Below, one piece after another: positions 51,601-64,000 of a DNA stretch of 64,000 nt. Each line of letters begins with the position of its first letter. The first letter of the stretch is position 1. Source of the DNA: Sphagnum compactum (Eukaryota); NCBI GenBank assembly GCA_965153455.1, contig OZ234493.1, positions 35,020,213 to 35,084,212 on the forward strand. Direction: 5' to 3'. The translations under genes and the position numbers were made by a program. A model generated the notes under the pieces. That model did no database searches and was not told where the DNA came from. It saw nothing but the letters and a program-made list of their open reading frames with translations.

Positions 51601-52664
51601 GTCTGCATTGAAAGTTTCCTAAAACTCCATAAATACTTAAAACGTTCCTCCAATTCACCAAGGCACCAGTTTTAGTCATCACATTCAAACCTTTCTGCCC
51701 AAATAGGCTGTTTAAAAAAAAGCCAAGTGGTAGTGACTACTTACCCCTGATCTGATAGTATGCAGGCCACACAAAGAATACAATAGTGGAACAGAATGAC
51801 TCTCAAAATCTGTGCCCATTCTCATGGGGATTGCCTAAGAAAATAACACTTACATGTGAAGGATGTTGAACCAACAACCACTTGCAATTGCACATATGCA
51901 CACATACGATATTGTTTCGTGAGTTGTTAATGCAAGAGCCTACGAAGGAGAAATTATGACAGTAACTCACGACCCTCCCCTGTTGCAGTATGAAGCTTCA
52001 TCTATAGTGTAGTTCTAGACTGCTGTCTGCTAAGTCTAGTTCTGACACTTCTAAGTAATGATAATGCAACAGCACATGAAGAGACAATGCAATGATTGTC
52101 TGTAGCACTGTCCACTGCTCTTAAGGATTCTGAAAGAAGCCAACAACTTCAAATTAAAGCACAACTGGAATCGTCATAGTTTGAGTCTCTGGGCATTCAC
52201 AAAAGCATAACAATCCAGTCCCAACCTGCAGATTTTCTCAAGGATATGTGCCATTTTTTGTTATGAAAATCATGTCATCATGTACAAGGAAGAACTGAAG
52301 AAACTATACCTGCTCATACTTCATGGTGGCAATTCGTGTTCTTCCTACTCAAGCCCAGCTCTTCCTTGCAAACTGGGGGTGAAACACAGCACCGTCATCT
52401 GTCACACATGCACACCCCTTTTCCCTAACTCGGGCACATCTGTTGTGAATCAACACACTGATCCCAACAATCCTGGCAAGTTCAGGAAAAAAATTCCAAC
52501 ATGTGGTCGAGCTGGAATCCCTGACTTGCATTAACTGGGATCTGCTCAATGAAGATGTTCTCAAGTGGGTGTTCACCATGCATCTTTATTTTTAGTAGAG
52601 TTACAAAAGATCAAGGCAGGGACTCAGCCAGGAGCTTGGGTAGCACTTTGAGAAACTCACTTAC

Positions 52665-54050
52665 TCAGGACATAATGCGAAGCAAGATCCTCTCCAAATG
52701 AATGGGAAAATTTTCTCCAAGTAGATGGTGGTGGAGATCCATAGCTACATAGAAATCAAGTGGCGTGATTCCACTAAAGCCCTTTTCTCCACCCTCTGAA
52801 GTAGCATCTGCTGAAACCCCAGTGCTATCCTTTAACCACAAGCCATGAACAAGATTTTGCTGTGGCAAAGAGCTAGCCTCCCTCTTCCGCTCTTTCTCCA
52901 AATACCCTGCACCACCATTCTCTTTACAAGAAGCCAATTTTTCTCTGTTTCCAGCTCGTTTTGATTGAACCAGCTCAATTGTTGGCTTTATCAATGCCTT
53001 GAGGTAAAGGTCCAGGGCTAAGTTGACCACATTTGCACATTCAGCACTGACCCCTTGCAATCCATTCTCCACAACTGCACCCTGTTGAATTCGTCGCTGC
53101 ATTGTCTCTGTGTCTGGCAGATCACTTGCAGTGAGGCAGTCAACATCCAATGCATCCCCCAGCAATGTATGTGTGATGCGCCCTGGCAGCATGGACACAC
53201 CTGCTGCCCAGCTTGCACTACTCGGTATACAAAATGATATGCCTAATGGTGGCTGGAGATAACTGTTCATCCAGAGGACTTCCTGCTCATCATCATCATC
53301 ATCCTCATCTTCCACATCCTCTATGTCTTCATCTTCCTCCACCTCTTCCTCTTGCTCCATCTCACTACCTGTCACTTCAGATTTGACATCTGCATTATTC
53401 GAGTGGTGGTCACCATACCTGGGTCGCTTCGAAGGGGGCACACTTGGGCTATTATCAAGATTCAAAAGCTCAAAAGCTGAGTTTGATTGCTGCAATGGCC
53501 TCAGGAGATCTGGTGAGGCAAGGTTGCCATTTTCCAAAGCCCTAGGTGCTTCATCCTCACTGGGGGTGCCTTGTGAAGTTGATGCTTCTGCCCTGTGGTT
53601 CCCAAGAGGGCTAGGCCTTTCTGTGGCCTTGCGGTCGCGGAAACCTGGTCGCCCTTGATGTGGTGAGATTACAAAACCATCTCCATTTGACCTGATCCCT
53701 TGCACTCCAGGGGATGGTGGTGTTGGAGAACCTTCAGAGGGAGTTACTGGCTTGCGTCGTATACCTTTTACAGGCTTGGAGATGTCATAGACAGGAGAAG
53801 GCAGAACTGGTGCCTCTGCACAGTATGCATTGGTGAAGATTGCCCGCACAAACTGGTTATGGAGGACAAGATTCTCCTTTCCAATTGTCAATGGGACAAG
53901 TCTGTCAAGCTCACCCTTAGTCAGCCGGTAGCTCAGAAAGCTTGAAAGCAGACCACAGTACTGTGACTCCTTTGCTGGTCCCAGCAGCTTCAAAAACTTG
54001 GACTTGAACTCCTGTAGATTGATCCGTGCAGTGCGCTGTGGGGGCGCCAT
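52665..54050 (-). CDS. ADA1: SAGA complex subunit ADA1/TADA1-like (SAGA-Tad1 domain), single coding exon, ~461 aa
   Basis: ATG at 54050; the ORF-track TTG start lies in a 3' splice site. N-terminal RINLQEFK..LG..QY..LLSSFLSYRLTKGELD...ENLVLHNQFVRAIFTNA, LPDTETMQRRI..GLQGVSAECANVVNLALDLYLKALIK, and C-terminal ITPLDFYVAMDL...LLGENFPIHLERI. Confidence 0.9.
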   Translation of the reverse strand: MAPPQRTARINLQEFKSKFLKLLGPAKESQYCGLLSSFLSYRLTKGELDRLVPLTIGKENLVLHNQFVRAIFTNAYCAEAPVLPSPVYDISKPVKGIRRKPVTPSEGSPTPPSPGVQGIRSNGDGFVISPHQGRPGFRDRKATERPSPLGNHRAEASTSQGTPSEDEAPRALENGNLASPDLLRPLQQSNSAFELLNLDNSPSVPPSKRPRYGDHHSNNADVKSEVTGSEMEQEEEVEEDEDIEDVEDEDDDDDEQEVLWMNSYLQPPLGISFCIPSSASWAAGVSMLPGRITHTLLGDALDVDCLTASDLPDTETMQRRIQQGAVVENGLQGVSAECANVVNLALDLYLKALIKPTIELVQSKRAGNREKLASCKENGGAGYLEKERKREASSLPQQNLVHGLWLKDSTGVSADATSEGGEKGFSGITPLDFYVAMDLHHHLLGENFPIHLERILLRIMS

Positions 54051-55349
54051 TTGTGCACCCCCCTGCAACCAAACCTTCTTCCTCCCTCTCTCTGTCTTTC
54101 TTGCTCCAAGGGTTTACTACATTACAAAACCTTGAGTAACAACCCCACCCAGAACCATTCCTATTGCTGCAGCATCATGTCGCTGCAACCATTCAACCCT
54201 CCTACACAATCTGTCCCACATTTGAAGCCTTCTTTTCTGGAACCTATGTGATGAGATTGTACCACCCAAGCCAAATCACTTCTCTGAAAAACCTGCAAAC
54301 CCTGTTCAAAAGCCTTCCATCCCTGTACAAACATCCCTACTTCTAATGCCCCAGAAGACAGACTAATCGATCTCTTTGTTTTCTTTTTTCTTCTTCACAA
54401 AAGCGAACTTGTTCCTAGAGTTGCAGAAAACATGATCCACCACTCCTCTCCCTTCCTCTCTCTCTCTCTCTCCTTCTCTGCCTCCGTTTTGCTTCTGAAC
54501 TAAATACTTCTTTTGCACGTCCGGACTACCACCGTTTCCTGTACTTCATGGACTACAGTGACGTGAAGGTGGAGTAACAGGCAGGAAAGGTGAACAGGAT
54601 CAAGAGGTGATGTGTAGTTTCGAATACTATCAACCTATCTATCTCCATTTTTTCACAAAGAAGAGATTGATCACCACCAAAGTCTTCATCATGTACAAAG
54701 TTTGTACAAGGTTTCTATGCTTTCTGTGAGACTTCCAGCCTGACGAGTTGAAAGACAATTTGCGAGGAGCGGGTCCAGAGGTAGGGGCATAATCCGTGAG
54801 AGGCAAAACACACATACACAGACAGACAGAGACACACACAGAACAAAAACCCTAGAGTAGCAAATGCTTTCATCAGGAAACGCTCCGCAATGCGCATGTG
54901 AGACTTAAACTTTCAGAAAAGCTTTGCCACTTTGTCTCACACTCTTGCTTTTTTCAGGAAGAGAAATTTGCATCTCAGTATCATCATCGTCATAATCATC
55001 AGCAGATTGATCAGAAAGTGGATCATGACAAGGACCGGAAAGAACACAAAAACCACACGACAAACCCACCACCTCCTCCTGATTCTCCTTCCTGGAATGA
55101 TATTTGCTAGAGAGCTTCCACAACTCCCCACACGCTACTAACTTACATCAAATCGAAGCAGAGCTTCATTTCTTCCCTGTCTTTCTCTCTCTCCCTCTCA
55201 ACAGACAAGACGAATTCTGTGCTTCCAAGCTCGCGCACACTCGGCTCCTCCCTCGCTTGATCGCTCGCTCGTTTGTCTGCGGGGCGACAACAGACAACGC
55301 TCTCTGGTGCACGCCCGGGGGACGCGGTCGGTAGAGAAACTGCGAATGG

Positions 55350-56165
55350 TCAGCTCTGGATGGATGAATCGGGATGAAGACCGGGGGTTCTGTTCGTTTC
55401 TTTTGGGTGCTCAACAGACCAGAATGCACAAGAGAGAAAAAACAGCATGCAAGGCTTAGTTCTGGATGGATGAATGGGGATGAAGACGAGGGTTCGTTCT
55501 GTTCGTTGCTTTTGGGTGCTCAACAGACCAGAATGCACCAGAGAAAACAACATGCAAGCCTTCTTAGTTCTGGATGGATGAATGGGGATGAAAGACGAGG
55601 GTTCGTTCTGTTCGTTGCTTTTGGGTGCTCAACAGACCAGAATGCACCAGAGAAAACAACATGCAAGCCTTCTTAGTTCTGGATGGATGAAGGGGGATGA
55701 AGACGAGGGTTCGTTCTGTTCGTTGCTTTTGGGTGCTCAACAGACCAGAATGCTGCACCAGAGAAAACAACATGCAAGCCTTCTTAGTTCTGGATGGATG
55801 AATGTGGATGAAGAGGGGGGTTCTGTTCGTTTATTTCGGGTGCTCAACAGACCAGAATGTACAAAAGAACACAACATGCAACGCTTAGTTCTGGATGGAT
55901 GAATAGGGATGAAGACGAGCTTCTGTTCGTTGGTTTTGGGTGCTCAACAGACCTGGATGCACAAGAGAAAACAACATGCAAGGCTTTAGTTCTGGATGGA
56001 TGAATGGGGATGAAGACGGGGTTCTGTTCGTTGGTTTTGAGTGCTCAACACACCAGAATGCACAAGAAAAGACAACATGCAAGCCTTAGTTCTGGATGGA
56101 TGGATGAATGTGATGACGAGGGGGGTTCTGTTCATTGCTTTCGGGTGGGCAACAGACCACAAAGA
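55350..56165. repeat. ~105-110-bp tandem array (~8 copies) abutting the ADA1 5' end
   Basis: Anchor tctggatggatgaa at about 55356, 55461, 55570, 55678, 55790, 55890, 55991, 56091. The unit includes gggtgctcaacagaccagaatgcac..gaaaacaacatgcaagc. Confidence 0.95.
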
Positions 56166-56199
56166 GAAAATCATCCAAAGATTCACGGAACCTTGGATG

Positions 56200-56900
56200 A
56201 CATGCCTTTGCTGCCAGAATTGCTCGTTGTGCATTCAAAAACAACAAGAGTTCATTTCTGCTAAGTAGCAATTGCATTTCGTTCATGAAAGTTTGTGGCG
56301 AAGAAGAATTGCTTCATGATATTTTGAGGCAACATTTGCTCCAACAAATTATGAGATTGTAGAACACAAAAAACATGCAAATCTTTGCTTGCTTGCTTTT
56401 CTGATTCATGGAACTTAGACGATGTGAAGAGGTGGTAGAGTTGCTTAATGCACATTCAAAAACATCAATTTGTTTTGACAAGTAGCTAGCAATCACATTT
56501 GTTCACAAAACTTTGCAATGAAGAAGAGGAATTGCTTATAATGTTTCGAAACAACGTTTGCTCCAACAAATTATTAGATTGTAGAAGAGAAATTTATATG
56601 CAAATCCTTGGCTTTGCTTATTTGTTTGCTTGCGTCTAATTGCTGGAAGGACAATGATGCAAAAACTCAGAGAATTGATTAATGCACATTTAAACAACAA
56701 AAAAATTTCTACTAAATAGCAATCACTTAACAATCACATTTATTTATGAAGCTTTTCAAATGAAGAATTGCTTAATGATGTTTTGAAACAACCTTTTAAA
56801 TCTTTGCTAGTTTGGTCCTTTTGATTTGTGCAAGGATGATGCAAAGTGTTGCTAGAATTTCTTGATGTGCATTTCAACAACAATTATCTAATGATAATCA
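56200..56900. repeat. ~230-bp degenerate tandem repeat (~3 copies)
   Basis: Anchor gaattgctt..atg.tttt...caac.ttt at about 56306, 56530, 56766. Confidence 0.75.
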
Positions 56901-59049
56901 CCTTTTGTTCAATTTCTCAATGAAACATGCAAATTTTACGTTCTTGCTTCTTTCAAGGAAGGATGATGTAAAGAATTAATTAGAGCATATGTGACATAAA
57001 AGTAGGGTGATGAAACCTTAATGGATGGAAACGTCATCACATCAATTGTTGAAAAGTGAAAGTTTGAGGAAAGGCTTGTGGACAATTTTTCTTTGCATCT
57101 GTGTTTTTTTGTTTCTTGCAAATTATGTGGGACGACATGGTTATAGTGATTTCTAGTTTTTACAACCTTCGACATTTAGAGTTGTCTGGTTATTTTTCAT
57201 TTTTAGTGTGTGAGAACGATTTTTGTGTTGTGGTTTGGAGGATGCAAGTCATGAAGCAAATAGTGTTATGTCTTAACCACCATATGAATAAATAAATAAA
57301 TAGCGCGTGGTATATGTAGCCATTGGGAGATACATATATTCATGTACATACTCCTACATTTCGATTTGACTTATGATGTACTTGCATAATCAACAAAGTA
57401 AATAATCATGATTTCCACATGGGTGAGTACATGTGAAAACTAAAAAATGCTTATGAACACAAAAATGTCAACGTGAAAAGTGAATTTAAGACATGGAATA
57501 CATTTGATCAGGTTCACAATCCATTTAACTTCAATCATCATATTTTGTGTTGAATTTTCATGACAAATATTTTCAAATAGTAAGAAAAAACATGTATGTT
57601 TGTATGGGGGATTTGATATTTACCTTCTTTATACCAATTTCCCTCTTCATTTCAAACACTTGCAGCTATTGACACTTCAATTGTCTTATCTCTTTTGGGC
57701 CTTAATTGGTTAGAGGAACACAACACTTTAATTCGTAGGATGAAAAGTAGTATAATAAAAGAATGGAAACATATGAAAAAAGAGGTAACCCCTTGACCAA
57801 TGTGTTGAATAAGCCTACAAGTGCACTTGCCACAATGGTCAATGGCATGCCTATTTTATAACATAAAAGATTTTGTTTCATTACATTTGTGAATAAGGAT
57901 GATTATGTTAAATTATGGTTTGCATAGAGGATAACTAATTATTATGTTAAAGAAGCACCAACATGTAATCATTGATGACCTTGGATAAGATTGCTATAAT
58001 TTAAAGAATCCCAAAAAATGGCATAATGTTCTTTCAAAATCTTTTACAAAAATGGAGGGGTAGAAGAAGAAAGTTTGAAAACAAAATTGTGGTGAAATAT
58101 GAAAAAAAGTGATTCATCACACAATGGATTTTCCTTTTATGTTATGTTCGATCAAAATCATTATAAATGATGAAATGTTTAACAATTCATAGTTGGATCA
58201 TTTGAATTGAATTGAATTATATTTTAAAAGTAAGCAAAAATGTACAACTAGGTTCATAATTAGATGCCACCTTGCCTAGTTCAAACCAAAAATCCCATAT
58301 CATACATTAATGTGAAATATATTGATTTTGGGCAAAGCAATAATGGTTATCAAATAGATGCAATGATTTATTTAGTTTATGAAAAATTGTTAGAGTGGCT
58401 ATCATGGGCATGTGTGAATAGGACATTGTGGAAATTATGTGGGGGAATTGATCAATTAAAGTGATGAAATAAATTTGGATCCAACTGAAAAGACATGATA
58501 AAAATATAACCACATCAAATGGTGTGGCAAACTAAATTTGTAAGCATGATTATACATGGCTACTTAGTCGTGCAATACATTGAAATTTTGGTGAACATTT
58601 CAAATTACAAACCTATTTCTTTGGTAGCACAAGAAATTATTTGATCAAATAATGGCAACAAACTAGATTACAAAGCCATAATTTAAAATAGAATTGATGG
58701 GAAAAAATTGCTTATTAGGTCAATCATGGGGAGATTGAACCTTAATTCTTCATTAAAAAAACTTTGCTATTATAACACAAATGTCTTACCTTAACCACAC
58801 CCCACACAAGTTATAACCTAAATAATTACAATTTACAAGTTGATAATTGCATAACATAAATTCATGCTAGTGGTCACTAATCATGAAACATGAACATAAA
58901 CAAAACCATCAAAATGGCATAACAAATTGAACATATAAGGTTAAAATTAAGGATGATTAATTTGGGATATGCCCAACGCATATTGCAAAGTTAACAACAA
59001 TTATAACCCCCTTGAATTTTTTTGTTGTTGATTCACATTGATATTTAGT

Positions 59050-61300
59050 CAATTTATAATTCTTCCATGCGTGCATAGTTTGTGCATGGGGGAAATGATT
59101 TAAGAGTAAATGATTGTTGTGAAAGCATACATACAAACAATCAAATCCAAGTGCATTGTGAAGTGATTGTAAAGCTTCAATTTTATAAACCCTAAAGGTG
59201 TTAAAAGTCTAGTCATTTACCACAAATCCCACAAGTTGGCAACATGTAATCTTAACCATTTTAATGAATTATAATTTTCTTTGTTTTAACATTATAAGAG
59301 CTTCAATAATTTGCACAAATGAATGACAATATTCATCACCTTTTTTGCAACATTGTAACCTTGAACAAATTGGTTCACAAATCTAGGGTTTGAAAATCCA
59401 ACAAAGGAACTATTAAAACCCCATTAGGCTCCACCCGTTTCAAAACACCAAAATAAGATTTCATAATAGATAGATGCATGAAAAAAATATTTTCAACATC
59501 AAATAATACTTAATATTGGGGAAAAACAATATTAGTGCCCAAAACATTCACAAGATTTTGATTAAGGAATTACATTGCTAGCTCCCTCATGAAACCTTTT
59601 GTAATTTATATGCATTTTGCTTTCACCTAATTCACAACCAACTAAAACTCAACCTTAAAAATTGGCATGAATGTCCCCACTTTTGTACCGTTTACATGCA
59701 ACCAATATTGACAACCATAAAAGAAAGAAACCTATAATTCAACCCTTGTTGTTTGGTATGTCAACCATTGGAGCTGGATTTGGTTAAAAGTTTGGTCACA
59801 AACCTTGTTGAACAACATAAAAACATCATCCAAGTACTTCATCAAAGAATGTATGTACAACTTATAAAACTCCATTTGGTTTAGTTTCATGACAATCACA
59901 AAATAACAAATAAAAACATCCCTAGCTTGAATTTTTTTGATCAACACATGCATGGTGTGAAAAAATCTCATTATATCACTAACAAGATATCAAGGTTAAG
60001 AAGGTCTTCCATTTTTATTTTGGCCATAAGTGTTGTTTCCTCAACATATAGACCACCAAAGTAGGATACTTTTGCAAATCTTTCTTTTGTTGATGATAAC
60101 AAGTTCAATTAACGGGTCTTAATATTTCAATTTTTTTCAATACTTTCATTTCCAAAACCTTTGTAAGGTTTTGCAACTCCAATGTTTGCTTGGGACATTG
60201 AATGAAATATGTATATAAGGTATGTAGCAAACTTTCAATCCTAGAGACCATGAGAAAAAATGAAAGAAGGTTGAATTATAAGATTTGTTCTATGTGCAAC
60301 ACAATGAACACCAACCATATGAAGTGTTGCCATGTCGTTTAATTGTACTAAAACCCTTTGTGTTTGTATCAGAACACAACCACATCATTTGCACTAACAC
60401 ATACCATTTTCTCCCCTAGGTTAGTTTGTGTCACACCTCCAAATTCAACAATGCATCAAGAATGACTTTAGAAATGCTAGATCAACTCCTACCCCACCTA
60501 AGACCTCTTCCAAAATTAGTGATATTAGGCACCTTCCTTCATCCTTGTACAACATACACATGCAACACTTGATATTCAAGATTGATGGTGGTGACTAGTT
60601 GAAATCTCATTAATAAACATAGCCAAAAACTTAGAACTTGTAACAATATCTTTGGTTTTCTTCAACATAATGTCACAAATAAGTTTTGCAATACCCCACC
60701 CAACATTTTTACCCTAATGATTAGAGGAACATTATTGTTTTTCAAGAATTTGAAGAGGTATTTGATTGATTCCAAACTAGTCAGTGATCTACTTTCCCTC
60801 AAAAGCAAAAACTTATAAGCAAATTGGACCACATGTTTTTTAAATCTTTCTATTCGTTGATTTGCAATTGTTAAGCCATAGGTTTTAAACTTTTTATGTG
60901 CATCAACTTGTAGTTTCTTTTATGTTTGCAATTCATGTTGTACAACCAATTACCCATTAAAATATTACTTGTGGTACTTTTTGCCGTCTTGCATCCACCA
61001 TGACTTTACAAGGAGTTAAAGTTTAGATACCAACAATTTCTATCTCCTTTCAATAAGGGTACTTACTTTGCACCTCATTTGCATAACCTTCCCATCTTTT
61101 CCCAAAATAGATTCAATGCATGGAAACTTCATTGCCCGCATATCTTGAAATGAACAATTCATTTCATATTGTTTTTTTTAAATGGTTTTTTCCTTGGGAA
61201 AAATTCAGATATTGGTGTGGTTTCCTTCTCACAAATAGATGTGTTGGAAGAAGCCACACTACTAGGTACAATAGTTCCCAAAACCTGTTTGAAATGAAAA
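59050..61300 (-). mobile_element. Decayed hAT-superfamily transposase (ZNF862/DUF4371-like)
   Basis: Minus-strand fragments GVHCVAHRTNL (~60280-60315), NIKTR* (KTRW motif, ~60115), HVLIKKIQARDVFICYF (ORF 59732-59971) and a dimerisation-like tail LGFIKLKLYNHFTMHLDLIVCMLSQQSFTLKSFP (~59090-59200); many stops. Confidence 0.72.
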
Positions 61301-64000
61301 TTAGGAGGAAGCATAAGGGGGGTTATGAAGACCCATGAAAAAACTCAATAACTAGTTATTATGTTGTGTAATGTGCATTCACAAATCAGAAACTTCAAGC
61401 AAGTATAAGCATACAATATTCATATGATTTTCAACATTCAACTTCAAGTGTCAAAAACTAAAATCAACATCCTAAACAATGGAGATTAATGCAAGCAACA
61501 AAAACACTATGGAGTGTGGACCCTAATGTAAGCACTGAGCTACAAGCTGTAACATAAAATTGCATTAAGATTCAAGAGTATGGATTTTGAACCTTAATGC
61601 AAGTAATGAAGTGATAAGTTTGAGGCTTGAATGGTAGATTGTAGAAGTTAAAACTATTGATTGTAATATCAAATTGTAAATGGAGTTTGGAGTTTGGGAT
61701 TTTAAACCTTAATGCAAACACTAAATATTAAACATGTGTAGCAACAAAATATTTACCTTTTAAATTCTTATGAGCAATGGCCATATCTAGAGTGATGAAT
61801 CTACATTATACAAGTTGTTCATGCATTTGGATTCCAATGTCACCATTTGGAATGATAAAAAGATTGTTGCAACTTGCATTTGTTAATGATGATTAAAGAT
61901 TGAATGTTGTAAATTTTGGCAACTTCTCCCATCAAGCCATCAACAATCTTTCACTATTCAACAACTTTGCAATGCCACCATTGTTAGTAGTTATTGCAAC
62001 ATTGAAATCTTGTAAGTTGTGAACCTTTATTCTTCAGGTCACATTGTCACAACATCAACTCCAAATTCACAATGTAGTGCACATATTGTCACACTACATA
62101 GATGTTTGTCTAATGATTTTCCATCTAGAATATCAAGTTGAACTTAGTAATGACTAGTTATTATAATGTACATTAAGCACCAATGATGAGTCTTGTAGGC
62201 TTGCAATGTGGAATGTGTTCAATGCACATTTTTTATTAAATGTACATTTGGCCCTTTTAAGGTACTCATGTGTGGCTACATGGTAAAGTTGTAAAGACAA
62301 TGAGAAAAATCAAATGTTGTTGTTGGGTGACAATTACAAGCTAGTTGTTAGTTGCTACACGCTACAATTTAGAGGCTAAAACCTTAGACCTAACCTTTAG
62401 CTTTTAAGTGGTGACCATAGATTTAGGTAGGTCTTCTAGGAGGTGACCATTGATTTAAGTAGGTCAACTTTCATGTTATCCAACATGGTGTGGAAACTAC
62501 TTGGAAAAAACCCTCCATCCAAGGGATATGATGACGACACTTTCCCACCTAAAGTCTACTTGTGGCAAATTTGGATAATAAAAGTGTTGCAAATGTTGGT
62601 GAATCATTCCTACCCAAGCTTAAATGACAAGCTACACAACTTTTCCAAATGTAATCTGTGTTTCTTTTTTTCCATTGGGTGGTCATTGCCCCATTTTTTT
62701 GTAACACATCGATGAAATTTTGTCAAAAAAGATCATTGAATAGACAAGATTTTGTAACATAGATTAAATAAAATTTCAAATCAAAACTTTGAACTATAAT
62801 TGGAGATTTTTCATTTTAACAAATACTTAAAGAACAATTATACTTGAATGATTGATTATGTGATGTACTTCCAACATTTTATGTGTTGGAGTTAAATAAT
62901 AATAGTTGTAATTTCTTGACAACTTTGTATTTTTTCAGAAAACACTTTTATTATCAATTTTATTTTTATTTTTTTGGTTTATTTTAATTATTGAATAGAA
63001 ATTTGGTTGATTGTCCTTTTTACATCACATGTTGCATAAATAAATTAGTCATTACAACTTTACTCCACACTATACATTGCCAACGACCATGAAATTGGAA
63101 GACTAAATTTTTGATGTTTGTTTTAATCGATTGATTTTGCATTAAGTTTCCTCACATTGTACAAAGTACAAACTCCAATGCCACTATTCATAGCAATTCC
63201 ATTGTCACCATCTTTTCCTACATCATATTATGTGTCCCAAGATGGATGGTAGTCGTCTTATAATACAAACGATTGTGAAGGTCAAAACATGTTTGAATCC
63301 CTAAGAGAACTTTACTTTGATTGTGTTTTGTTTTTTGTTTGAATATGCAATCCTTAAAATCTTCCTTTCAACATCTCAATGCAATGTTTTCTTTTCACCA
63401 AAAGAAAAGGAATGTCGACATTGAATTGAAAATTACCATGTAAAGAAATATTGTAATACTTGGGTAGCTTCGGCACTAATTATATTATTTTCAGTTTTGT
63501 CGAAATTTTTTTAAAAGTGAATTTTATATAAAAAAACTTTAAAATTCAATAAAGGTAGCCATATTCAAACCCATGCCCTATACATTGAACTCACATTAAC
63601 TTTGATCAATCTAATTGAAAAAACAACATGTAATTTATGAAAGCTTTTTTGATTTTGTTATATTTATTCATTATATGTAAAAAGTTTCTAAATCAAAAAT
63701 TATAATGCTAAATCAAAAACTTCAAATTACAATAATTATTTGACACTATTGTGCTGAAGCCACCAAGGTACTACAATAGTTGATTACTTGTATGTTGTGA
63801 TATGTATTTTTGAAAAGGGAGTCAATGCAAAGAGTAAAAAAAAATCTAATCTAAGTACTTAGAGAGAAATAAACCTTAGGTGTCAAAGTGTTAATCACAT
63901 TTATGAATTAGTGAAATCATGACTTTCATGACAAGATTTGGGAATTGAAGCATCATGTTTAAAACTATTTTCTAAGTTCACAAATAATTTTATTTGAAGT

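Noticed and set aside
54051..54068. ORF-track N-terminal extension MQGGAQ of ADA1
   Set aside because: Begins at a TTG inside the splice acceptor; the first ATG is at 54050.
55166..56286. Multiple short ORFs on both strands
   Set aside because: Translations of the tandem repeat; frames shift between units.
57300..58900. Possible additional TE coding remnant
   Set aside because: Fragments too degenerate to assign to any family.

Overview
Eukaryotic nuclear DNA from a land plant with flagellated sperm. A bryophyte, possibly a Sphagnum-like moss, is my inference from the gene set, intron style and AT-rich spacers. Seven protein-coding genes were reconstructed by hand with phase-consistent splice sites: a class B DnaJ/Hsp40 (+), AUGMIN subunit 6 (+, C-terminus apparently truncated), FIS1 (+), BRCA1-like RING-PHD-BRCT (-), LPEAT1 acyltransferase (+, with a GC-AG intron), the flagellar central-apparatus protein CFAP119/CCDC189 (-, first coding exon only ATG) and SAGA subunit ADA1/TADA1 (-). 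Non-genic DNA contains a probable decayed gene carrying a near-perfect ~60-bp hairpin, three unrelated tandem arrays each close upstream of a gene, an intact-ended non-autonomous Helitron, a foldback-like inverted ~21-bp array, and decayed Mutator-like and hAT transposases. I saw no rRNA, tRNA or CRISPR. Family calls rest on motifs I recognise from memory, not on database searches, and I cannot claim a proven new system. The best leads are the hairpin locus and the recurrent promoter-proximal arrays.
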